Shown here: piece after piece, positions 49,247-60,147 of the stretch | Layout of the letters: every line of letters starts with the position of its first letter | Numbering within the stretch: position 1 is the stretch's first letter | Source: Hemiscyllium ocellatum | Lineage: Eukaryota | Reading direction: 5' to 3' | Assembly: GCF_020745735.1 (NCBI RefSeq) | Contig: NC_083442.1 | Location: 33,080,072-33,144,071, forward strand | Length of the DNA: 64,000 bases | The notes under the pieces: generated by a model | What the model was told of the DNA's origin: nothing | The model's database searches: none | What the model saw: only the letters and a program-made list of their open reading frames with translations | Position numbers and translations under genes: made by a program

Positions 49247-51247
49247 CTGAAACATGTTAGAAATAAAATTAATTTAAAAATCAATCTAATCCAGGGACCC
49301 AAGAAATTTTCTACCATTCTATCATGGCAGATGGTGGAATTTGAATTCAATAAAGTCTGGAATTAAGAGTCTAATGATGACCATGAAACAATTGTTAATT
49401 GTCAGAAAAATCCATCTGGTTCATGAAGTCCTTTGGGTAAAGAAATCTATCATCTTTACCTGGTCTGGCCTATTTGAGAGTCCAGACCTACAGCTATGTG
49501 GTTGACTCTTAACTCCCTTCTGGGTAATCAGGGACAGGTAATAAATGCTGGCCTGGCCAAAGATGCCCAATCTTACAAATAAAGATAATCTATAGTTCTG
49601 CCATATTGATCACAACCCAAGAAAATGTATGCCCAGCTATTTCAGTCTCACGAGGCATTGTAGCTCAACTGAGCTCATACTCAATGGCTGCGTAAAACTC
49701 CGCTGTTTCCTATCATGCTGGCTCAGAACACCGAATCCAACTCAGCCATGTCCACGCTGATGAGGGATTCTGGGCAAGCCCTGCTCATTACAGTAACTAG
49801 TAGGGTGTTGTCAGGAAGCCTCTCCACTCTCCTGCTGCTAGTTTCAGTGGAAATTCCAGACTAACAAACATCAGTCACAATCACAGCAAACAGTCCTGAC
49901 TTTAACTCTTACCTCATCTGCTGCATTGCTTGTGTCGTTAGGGTCCGTGGGGGAGGACCAGAAAGACCCAACTCTGCCTGAATTCTCCGATACTTAATGG
50001 CTTTCTGTTTCCGCTTCTCAGCTCTGCATGTGAGAGGTGGAACAGAGCAATAATTTCCAAAACCTACTTCGACAATTCAAAGAGCACCTTTGGTGATTAC
50101 TAATGTAGCATACAACTGATAACTGAAGTTATTTAAATGTTTGAACATTTTTGTTCTTATGGTTACCACTTATTAAATATATCTTGTTAAACTAACTACT
50201 GTAGAAATTTGTTAAGTTAATTCCTGTGATGTGGCACTTAAAGTTAACTAATATGGCAATAGTTAGTATGAGTTTATTAATAATGTAATAGTTAACTAAT
50301 AATGTAGTAGCCAGTATGAGTTAACGTGGCAGTTACTGAGAGCTAACAAATGCTGTAGTAGTGATGATTTGGAGATGCCAGTGTTGGACTAGGGTGGACA
50401 AAGTTAAAAGTCACAACACCAGGTTATAGTCCAACAGGTTTATTTGGCAGCACTAGCTTTCGAAGCATTAGTGCATTACCTGAGTTGAGATGGCACTCAT
50501 TGTTAAAAGGTATTTTGAAAATGTAATTTTTTTTTATAAGTTCTGGCATTTATGAAAGAACTGAAACTACCATGATCATTATAAAAGATGAAAAACTCAA
50601 GCTAAATTCCACGACACTGCAATCCTATCAGTATAAATTCTGTCTTACTCCACAACCACCCGATGAAGTTCGTGTTTCCAATTAAACCTGTTAGACTATA
50701 ACCTGGTGTTGTGTGACTTTAACTCGATAGTAGTGAGGATGAGCTAATGTGGTTGTTGAGTGAACTAATGCTGCCTTGGTTAGGCAATGTTAATAAGCTG
50801 GTAGTTACTGAGTTAACTAGCGCTGCGGTAGTTAGTATAAGTTAATATGGTAGTTATTAACTCCCACTACTATCGAGTTAAAAAATCACACCACCAGGTT
50901 ATAGTAAAACAGGTTTAATTGGAAGCACTAACTACCACATTAACCCAGACTAACTACTGCATTGACTCATCCTGAGAGTTAACTAACGCGGCGGGAGTTA
51001 GTATAAGTTAATATGGTAGTTATTAACTAATGCAGTAGTTAGTCTGGGTTAATGTGGTAGTTACTGAGAGTTAATGAATGAACAGTTTTCACCTGATTAT
51101 TTCCTCCAACTCCTTCCCCCCGGCCCCGGGCTCCCCGCTGCCTCTGGAGCCCCGCAGGGAGCGGGCGGCCTGGGCCTGGGCCGGGACCCGAACCCGCGCC
51201 CGGGGCAGGAGGCAGAGGATCCCCCGAGCCACCACCGAGAGCCACAT
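48583..51247 (-). CDS. NGRN: Neugrin (mitochondrial ribosome biogenesis factor), 309 aa, 3 coding exons
   Basis: Exons 51093-51247, 49913-50023 and 48583-49246 total 930 nt in frame; Arg-rich presequence-like N-terminus; motifs PPRTLT..AMQQMRFL, WSVSQLAEGFSVS.DVV.RVLRSKF.P, KVVQKG.EFYD..GNFLYR; AATAAA at 48570-48575 just after the stop. Confidence 0.95.
49290..49580 (+). mobile_element. Elasmobranch SINE (other copies at about 1560-1870, 3850-4140, 17260-17570, 27060-27390)
   Basis: Recurrent ggtggaatttgaattcaat...ccatctggttca...tccagacc.acagc.atgtggttgactcttaac. Confidence 0.65.
49913..50023 (-). CDS. NGRN: NGRN exon 2
   Basis: AEKRKQKAIKYRRIQAELGLSGPPPRTLTTQAMQQM, 111 nt. Confidence 0.93.
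50090..51075. repeat. Degenerate AT-rich tandem repeat (GTAGTTA/AGTTAACTAA motifs), NGRN intron 1
   Basis: Recurrent taatgtggtagtta.t.agttaac units, interrupted by a Penelope-derived element. Confidence 0.7.
50365..50725. mobile_element. Inverted (head-to-head) Penelope-derived short element in NGRN intron 1
   Basis: cacaacaccaggttatagtccaacaggttt (about 50412) is inverted relative to aaacctgttagactataacctggtgttgtg (about 50684); same family as 8805-8948. Confidence 0.6.
51093..51247 (-). CDS. NGRN: NGRN exon 1
   Basis: MWLSVVARGILCLLPRARV...ELEEII; lies in a CpG island; donor GTGAAA. Confidence 0.85.
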
Positions 51248-51325
51248 GAAGCTCCGCCGGATCCGGAAACCACCACAATCCCGTCCGGGCGGAAACGGCA
51301 ATCGCCGAAGAATCGTTCCGCCTTT
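51110..51325 (-). promoter_or_regulatory. NGRN CpG island / promoter
   Basis: Strong GC and CpG enrichment around the ATG; CCGGAA and GCGGAA ETS-like motifs at about 51263 and 51289. Confidence 0.6.
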
Positions 51326-52849
51326 CACTTGGCCCCAGTCAGAGAACTGCAGCTGACCCTTGACCCAGTTAATGTGGAGGCATTTCACATTGATAGATAT
51401 TTATAATCAGACTGTTAAGAGGCGTTCTGACACGCCCTGGAGAAGTGAGGACTTGACTCCACACCTCCTGACTTAGAGACAGGGACACTACCACAAGAGC
51501 CCTGCCAATTCATTCATTAATTCATTCATTTGTCTCCATTCTTCCTGCTCTGAAAGTGCTGGTTCTGGAGAGGGACAGAAACTCACCCAAGAACCATCAG
51601 TGTCTGTACAATATTGCACCATGTATTCCAACAAAACTCCTTGTCCTGATTATCCAAAGACAAGAGAAAGAGAATTGCATTTATTTGGCATTTACAATTA
51701 CCACTGGACACCCCAATGCGCCTCAGTTTAATGAACTCCTTTTGAAATGTTGTAGGAAAAGCTATAGCGATTGTATCAATGGGAAGCTCCCTAACGTGAA
51801 ACAATTGCTGGAGAAACTCAGCAATTCTGTCAGCATCTGGGGAGAGAAGATAGTTAACATTTCATGTCCAGTGACCCTTCTTCAGAAACCCACAATATGA
51901 TCATGACCAGATAAAGATGCTGATTTGGGATAAATGTAGGACACATCCCTTGCTCTTTTACCTGCACCATGGTATTTTTAAAAATTCATTCTAGGCAGAG
52001 CGTTGTGCGGGTAGCTTATCTCACCCAAAACATTTAGGATGACCAGACTTCCCAGTTTGGCCAAACAGTCTCTGCCTAGAAGGTAAAATAAGTAAAACGT
52101 GAGAATGACACACATTGGCTGGACCAGTCTTGCATACATCCAGTACAACTGGCATGTTAATTTCTAAACATTACTGTGTAACCTTTTGGGTCATTTTTCC
52201 CTCTGGACAGCTTTTTGTCTTGATAATGCTTCTTGATAATTATCGAGAAATTATTCTAATGTTCAATGCAGTTCTGACCCATTCCTTTTTGTGATCTTTG
52301 TGAAATTTTGTCCTCTGTTTTGTATGCACCCACCAAATTGCATTGTATGCAGCAAACCTGCGTTCCTTCTTCCCCTCTGCCTACTTGATGTGTCCACGAT
52401 ATTTGCTGCCACCTGTTTGGCACCTACACCTCCTTTGTTGAGTTGCCTTTTAAATGATTTGAGGAATTAGATCACCAACTCTGGCTGGACATATCCTGTG
52501 TGTTGTCATGACACAAACTCCAATGAGAATGCCTATTCTCCTGCCTTCTGTAATTGGCCATCAACATGTCATGCATTATGAGTCCCATAGCTTTTCAATG
52601 TTTTGACTTTTGAAAATTTGGTCACTTGCTTAGTACTGCAGTGGAATGCCAAACTGGAATTTTGTGATTAAACCTGGGATAAGGTCAGGAGCTTCAACAC
52701 AAAAACCTAGTGACTTAGTGAGAGCCATGGACAACACCATATCCATGAATATGCAATTCCAGCAGCTTATTATCTTCTTTACTGTCATTTGGTGCTGAAG
52801 CCAATCACATCTGTCAGGCCCCTGGTCAGTTAATGTGGCAGAAACTTGT

Positions 52850-53280
52850 TTCAGGAATGAGAAACTCAGTTATGAGGGCAGATTTAAAAATTGGGGCTGT
52901 TCATCTTCGAGAGAAGATTTGATAGAAGGTTTTAAAATCATGAGCGGGTTGGACAGAGTAGACAGGGAGAAGCTGTTGCTGCTCCTTAAAGAGAAAAGAA
53001 TGAGAGGGCAGAGATTTAAAGGGATGTGCAAAAGAAGCAAGCGTTACGGACGAAAAAATGTTTTCACACAGCAAGTGGTTTGAGTATTGAGCACACTGCC
53101 TGGAGATGTAATTAAGTCCAGTTCAATTGAGGCTTTCAAGAGGGCGATGATTGATTATTTCATTCAAAACAGTATTCAGAGATACAGGGAAAGGGCAGCG
53201 GATTGGCAGTACGTAATAGAACTGATGCAGGCATAAGGGCCAAATGGCCTCCTCCTGCATTGTACCGATTCTGTGTCTGT
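52850..53280 (+). mobile_element. CR1 LINE 3' fragment (same family at 61200-61580)
   Basis: DLIE.FKIM.GLDRVDREKL relic. Confidence 0.75.
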
Positions 53281-55924
53281 CAGAATACCCTCACGCATTG
53301 AACCATCTTTTATAAGGTCCCAAATTTCAATGCATTTTGGAACTCTTCATTGTGAATTTTAGGTTCTCAAAGTCTTACTGTAACTTAATATTATACTAGT
53401 CTCTGGCTTAATATTATACTAGCTGAAAATGTAACTAACATTACACTGCCATGCTGAGTCTATTCCAATTTGCTGCAGAAAACATTGTTTTGGATGTAAT
53501 GTTAATGCTTTTGGGTTCAAAAGACCAATTGTACTTTTCAAACAGCAGCAGGGAGTTCTGCAGGGAGTTGTGGCCAGCATTTCTGTCTCAAACTATTATC
53601 AAAAAATGTTTAGCCAGCCATTTATCACATTTGTGGCACCTTTTAGCTGCAATGCTTATAAACACAATGACCTTAAATGTCCAAATATTAATTCATCTTA
53701 AAATAATTTGAGATATTGATGCTTTGCAAGCATCTTTTATGGTTTCTCCAATACAAACACATAACCTAATGGCCAAACAAAAACCTGCATGGTTTAGTTT
53801 AAGGAAAGATTTATATAAGACCTTCCACAAAGGTCTGAAAGCTCTTCACAGCCAATAATTTTGAAGATTGGTCAAACGCAGGTGATGCAATATTCAATTT
53901 GCAGATTACATAGATGTTGGAGAGTTAGGGGGCAGCATTAACATCCAGATAATTTATCTTCTTTGCTTGATGGACAATTATTGCCCTGAACAACAGGACA
54001 GGAGCAAAGCTTCTTTGAATTGTACTGTGGGATTTCTTACATCCACCTGGGAGGGATCATTCTGCACTTGTCGCATATGATAGCAAATTCTAATGTGCAC
54101 CTCCCCAACAATGCAGTTGGGATGTTTTTCTCAAGTCTCTGGAAGACTGGCTGACACCATATTATCCATTATTTGTAGACCACTTTTCTTTCTACCTTGT
54201 TTCTCAATATAGATGCTGTGGCCCATAGGCTTTTAGGTTTTTGATTACAATCTGTTTGACAACGGGGTATATGACTGAATTGGGCTAAACTTCTCCTCCT
54301 ACTCCTTTCACGTTGTAAAGTAACAAAGAGAATATTATTCAAGGGCGGACGATATTCCAAATTCCAATAGAACGAAACTCCTCAATATTATATTTTCTGA
54401 GCAAGCTGTGTCTGCCAAGACTCCAGAGGCAACCATATATTGACACATGTTAGAACATCAGAGTGACAGACCTTGGAACATTGTACACTTTATCCTTTAT
54501 TGCGTTCAAAAGTAACCTCAATGGGCAGAAAGTGAATTTTTGTTCCGAAGTGAATGTCTGCTGTGAGAAATCCAAACATTTTTCTCTTCTCATGAGGATG
54601 TGTGCATAGGGATGTGTTTGGGTTATTTAGAGAGATAAACATTTGTTCTTTCATATGACCTACTATATATATTAACCAGTTATAGTACCTTCACTAAATA
54701 AGTGTTGTTTTGATAATAAACCAATAATTTAATTTTTATAAGATACCTGGTTAGTAGATGTTTTAGTTAAAACCTGACATGGAAAAGGTATTTAATTTAA
54801 TTAGTCACCTCAATAACTGGGAAAAGTATTTTATCGATGGTGTGACTCATGGAATAGTGGGATAAGAGTGATGGTGCATTCTTCCAGCTTCCGTCATGAC
54901 ACACAAGAATAATTTTATCTTTGCATGATTACAGGTTTCAAACTCAAAAAAAAAGAGAATTAAAGTGCTTTCAGTAATTTATGTGAAGCTTTGCTGCTCA
55001 AACTCTTTCCAAAATCTAAAAATTAACTTAACAACGTTACAATGTTCATATGACAATTTCCAATTCCTGGGAACCATGAAATGATTACAGGTAACAGCAA
55101 GAAGGGTTTCACCTGCACCACGATGCTGTTGGTCTTGTATAGTTTCAAAGTGGCTCATGAAGAAATCCGTACACACAAAGAATGCAACGTAGATATCAAT
55201 GACTGCTGGGTCCAGAAAACTGCACCCTATCAGCATCTTTGACATTTTTCTTTAGCAACATACTGCAGTTTGTTTGAGGATTTGGGTTATGAATGTGGTG
55301 TCAATTTCGGCATCCAGTAGCTGGAATGAATACTTCAGGTGAGATACAGCATATGGCATGAGGGTAAAATGAAGTGATTTGTTGCAAATTCTACTTTTAG
55401 AAGCTTTTTTTAAAAGCAAAATGTCAGAGTTCCCTGTGGAATATGCAGGGAAAGCAATCTTTAAAACTTTAATATAACTGTAGGCATTGAACTAATACTT
55501 CCACAGGTTCTGCCCAATGATATGTTTTGAACCTTGCGTCAGTATTGCATCACCTACTGTAACAGGGTAGTTTTCCCCATTTCTGATTGAACACGATCTT
55601 GAGTTGCTGTGAGAACATTCTCTCACCAGTCTACGTGGAAACTGGGTCGAAATTACTCATGCAAATTGGGAAATAATAAAAGTAAATAAAAAGCAGGAAA
55701 GGCTTTTACCTTTCTCCACATGTTGTGCTTGTTTTCTGTGCGCACTTAGCCATTTAATTATATTTATTTAATTTAATCTGAGTGAAGGGATAAAAACATC
55801 AGACCTGGGTTCAAATGTAAGAAAGGGAAGACTGACATTCAGTCAGTCAATTTAGAAAGAACATCATTGCCTCCCCTCGATGAAAGACCTGGAATCACTA
55901 CAACAGGGGAAGGAGAAACAGAGA

Positions 55925-56300
55925 ATCTCTACAATGTGAAGGCAGGATATTCCTGAGATGCTGCCTGGCCTGCTGTGCTTTGACCAGCAACACATTTGCA
56001 GCAGGGTATTAGGCCCACCAAGTTCGCACTGACCCTCCAAAGAGTTTCCCACCCAAACCCACCCATCCTTGTATCCCTGCATTTCCCATGGCTAACCCAC
56101 CTAGCTGCACATTCCTGGAGACTTTGGGCAATTTACCATGGTCATTCCACATAATCTACACATCATTGGACTATAGGAGGAAACCGGTGCACCTAGAGGA
56201 AACCCAGTAGACACGGGGAGAATGTGCGAACTCCACACAGACAGTCACCCAAGGCTGGAATTGAACTTGGCACTCTGAGATAACAGTGCTAACCATTGAG
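55925..56300 (-). mobile_element. HE1-type SINE, decayed, with a short insertion
   Basis: acacggggagaatgtgcgaactccacacagacagtc V-domain. Confidence 0.75.
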
Positions 56301-56839
56301 TAGGCTAAGTATGTTCTACAAAACTTGGAGTGGACTGGTGGGAATTGACAGAAACAAGTAGCTGGTCCTCTCCAGTAATGACAAAACACCAGGCAGCTGC
56401 CCATATAAACAACAAGGACCATTTGTTCCAAAGAAAGTGTATCTTCACAAGGACAATCCTCATGTTGGACAGGCTGTCAAAGGAAATAGTTCCAGCCTCA
56501 ACTTTGGAAATCCTGAAGACCCATTTACAGATTATGTCCATTTCAAAGTTTCTCGTCACCAGGATGATCATTTCAGTGGGTCATGCTCAATTTAGCTGGT
56601 GCTGCCCACAGAAATGTTGGCAGAAAATAGATATTAGTCTGTGACGCTGCAACTAAAGCAGATAAAAAGAGGTGAAGTGGCCAGATTTTCAATGCAGGGT
56701 CAGGAATCCAACACTCTGATGAAATCTGGGCTCTGACCCCATATCCAAGTTGCGTCATTCTCATGGCGCTACTTCTGAAGTGCAAAATGCTTCTTTGGTC
56801 AGGAGTTTGGTGCTCAGTAAGTCAGAGGCTGAGGGGTGA

Positions 56840-57190
56840 CATTATAAATCATGAGGACCGTGGATAGGGTAATTAGACAAGGTCTTTTCCCTCGGGTGGG
56901 TAGCCCAGAATTAGAGGTCATAGGTTTAGGGTGGGAGGGGAAAAATTTAAAATAGGCCTAATGTTTTTATGCAGAGGGTGGTGTGTATATGGAATGAGCT
57001 GCCAGAGGAAGTGGTGGAGGCTGGTACAATTACAACATTGAAAAGGCAACTGGATGGGTATATTAATAGGAAAGGTTTAGCGGGATATGGGTCAAGTGCA
57101 GCAAATGGGACTAGATTAGGTTAGGACATTTGGTCAGTATGGATGAGTTGGACCAAAGGAATTGTTTCCATGCTGTACACCGCTATGACT
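56840..57190 (+). mobile_element. CR1 LINE 3' fragment (same family at 26200-26440, 31810-31970, 36110-36290)
   Basis: [16 protein letters not shown] relic plus tail. Confidence 0.75.
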
Positions 57191-58039
57191 CACAATGGCC
57201 TTGAGCTGCTGCAGAAGGTGGGATTACCTCTCGACTATAAGCGATAGAGGGGTTGCCATGTTGCAAACTGCCTCTTGCCTTGCTGATGACAGCAGGCAGC
57301 TCCTTTGGGGGAACAGAGCCACAGACGTGATGGGTAGGAGCAGTGCTCATAGTGCTACGGCATAAATTTTAAAACCAATGGTGTGCAGTTTACCATGACC
57401 TCATGATGAACCCAACTATTGTGCACAAGACTGTTCAGACTTTCCAGAAAAAGACAGTCACAAACAAAGAAGCTCTTAACGATCTCCTGACAGGGGTATG
57501 AACTGGCAGTGACTACATCTCCTGCTCCTTCCCCACCAGCCAATCCTTTGAAAATCTGAAACGGTCCTGGAGCAACCAGGATCCCAAAACAACCTCTAAG
57601 GCCTTGATTTTTAATTCCTGCCCACTCCAAGTCCTGGGCACTTTCAGAACCTGGCAAAAGATGTTCCAAAGTTTGAGGCCCAGGAAAGGTAAAGAGTGAC
57701 AGTAATGGGAAAGACTTTTGGGATAGTTAGTTTTCAGATGCTACAGAATATTTAGGCTGCAAAGAGGAACTCACAACAACAACCTCTATTTATAAAGGAC
57801 TTTTAATGTAACAAAACTGCACCATGTGGCTTCCCAGAAATATCATAAAGAATCAATGTGCTTTAATCAGAGTTAAAAAAAATCGGAACAGCAGTATCTA
57901 TAGAAATAGGAAGAGGCTATTCAGCCTGTCAACTTCCACCATTCAGTCAGATCTTTTAGTGGGTGGGTAAATGGAACTGAACTCACATGATCAGCCATGA
58001 TCTTATCGAATGGCAGAGCAGGCTCAAGGAGCCAGATGA

Positions 58040-58196
58040 TAGATTAGAATGACGCTGGAAAAGCGCAGTAGGTCAGGCAGCATCTGAGGAGCAGGAAAAT
58101 CGGGCAAAACGTCTTTTTTCCTGCTCCTCGGATGCTGCCTGACCTGCAGTGCTTTTCCAGCACCACATCTCCAGCATCTGCTCTCCTCACTTATAC
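58040..58196. mobile_element. Palindromic short element with 17-bp TSD, inserted in a CR1 tail
   Basis: TSD CTCAAGGAGCCAGATGA at 58023-58039 and 58197-58213; internal inverted arms of about 45 bp. Confidence 0.75.
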
Positions 58197-58272
58197 CTCA
58201 AGGAGCCAGATGACCTACTCCTGCTCCAAGTTCTTACAGTCTCATCATGGCTGATTGGTATCAGAACTTCAT

Positions 58273-58403
58273 TCCTCAAGAAGGGCTCATGCCCGAAACG
58301 TTGATTCTCCTGCTCCTTGGATGCTGCCTGACCTGCTGCGCTTTTCCAGCAACACATTTTCAGCTCTGATCTCCAGCATCTGCAGACCTCACTTTCTCCT
58401 CCC
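58273..58403 (+). mobile_element. Short element with decayed hammerhead and 13-bp TSD
   Basis: TSD ATCAGAACTTCAT at 58260-58272 and 58404-58416; CTCAAGA-AGGGC(TCAT)GCCC-GAAAC-GTT. Confidence 0.7.
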
Positions 58404-59888
58404 ATCAGAACTTCATCCACTTGCCTTGGATCTGTTATCCTCAGGGGCAGTCGAAAGCAGTTTTAGCAGGTGTATATCTCACATCAGAATATATTACATT
58501 TCATCATTTTAATTATTTTTGGTAAATTTATGCTGGGGCCAACAACTGAGATCAGCCAACTCATCACAGGCAAGAATCAAACTGCAGCCATTGAATGGAA
58601 CTTTAATGGTATTGCTGTTACATTGATGACAATACAACTTCAGGGACAGAGAAAGGTAAAGTAATTGGATCAATCTAATAGCTTGCTTACAGCTGTGCAA
58701 GAGTTTCAGTTATTGGAGGAGAGATATAATTACGTATTACTAAAATAGGCAACCTATATGAAGAAGAAATACTTTAGCAAGACAATGTTAAAAAAACATA
58801 TCATTTTCATTTATTTGGATAATTAGAAAAGAGTTTATGCATGAACATTCCTCAATCTTTGGCAAACCATCCATCTTCCCTACCCCACTGTAGATTGTAC
58901 AATGGAACCTGTTCAGACCCAGTTCAGTGTCTCCGGTATCCTGCTGCCAACATGAAATGCGTTTGTCTCTCTTCTCAGTTCATGCTTAGGTTGCTTTTAT
59001 TTTTCCCCACCTCTTCCCACCCTGGGGAGAAGGAGCTTAAAAGCATAGGCTTCACCAGGTGGTGAAAATGTTCTCCAGCTTGAAGAGTTGGAAGGGGAAT
59101 CCAGAAATCCGCTCCTCGAAATTAGTTCAGCCGTCTAACAAGGAAGAATTGGTGAAATTTGTTACTAACTGCTCTGTTGAAAGCACTACCTCCAACTGGG
59201 CCACAATTCCATGGACGCTAACCCCAGGTGGTCATTCTGCTGTAGCCTGATAATCTTTATGTTCTGCCCTTGAGCATCACTCAATGAACCTTGACTTTGA
59301 CCTTTCCTTAATTTCTGCTATAAAGATATTTTCTATTTTTACCATAATTGCTTTTCTTTTCCATGATTATTTCAGCTGAATGAACAGTGGCCTTACTTTG
59401 ACAGTTCCCAATAATTCTCTTCATCCTCATGCATGCTGTAAGTATTAACTTAGAAATAAAATTTTATTAATGTTTGTGTTTGTAGATGACCCAAATATTT
59501 GGCATCTTATTCCCATATTCCTCTCTTTGCACAATTTCTTTTATTCCTAAAAAAACCCTCCAATTTACGATCTGTGTAAGACTTAGTTATGGAGTTAACC
59601 AATATGCCTGCTACAAAAATTATGCTATTTTCCTAAAGCTATCCTTGTTTTGTAATTTGGAACTCCTTGTCAATTTCCAGACCATTTGGTCCTTCCAAGC
59701 TGTATAATGTGATCAGCACTGCCTGGGTGTTCTGACATCAAATATAGGATCACTACCAATATTAAATACATGATAAACCCAACCCCAGTTAAAAGCAGAG
59801 AGTTGCAGGACATCCTGCAGCAACTGCCATTTTTAAACCAAAAGGTTTGTAAACAGGCAATAGTCACGTGGAAGAATTTTAGATTTAC

Positions 59889-60147
59889 CTGTTGATATTG
59901 GACTGGAATAAGCTCAGTATATTTGCTCGTCTTGTTAAGTGAGCTCGTTGATTGATGGGGGCCCGAGCTGACACCACGGTCAGCCCATGGCTTGGAGGGT
60001 TGATGACATTCATCTTCATGTTCCACATATTGGAGGCACTGCCTGTGGTGCTCATTCGGGCTGCACTCATTGGGATCTTGAGGCTGGTTTCACAGTCTGA
60101 TGGCATGCTCTTGCTTTGGGAACCTTTTGACTCCGTCAGGGAGTTTT
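59889..60147 (-). CDS. Next exon of the same upstream gene (TTLL13/TTLL6-like, tentative)
   Basis: Acceptor tgtttctgtacag is phase-compatible with the 62265 donor (G|AA); open frame ENSLTESKGSQ...GLTVVSARAPINQR...NIN; then AG|GTAAAT (donor, or stop if unspliced). Confidence 0.55.

Noticed and set aside
53384-53422. 16-bp direct repeat CTTAATATTATACTAG separated by 7 bp
   Set aside because: Isolated micro-duplication with no further structure
59055-59250. Minus-strand frame interrupted only by TGA codons (possible selenoprotein)
   Set aside because: No recognisable selenoprotein motif or SECIS element, and the frame is not the one compatible with the upstream exon
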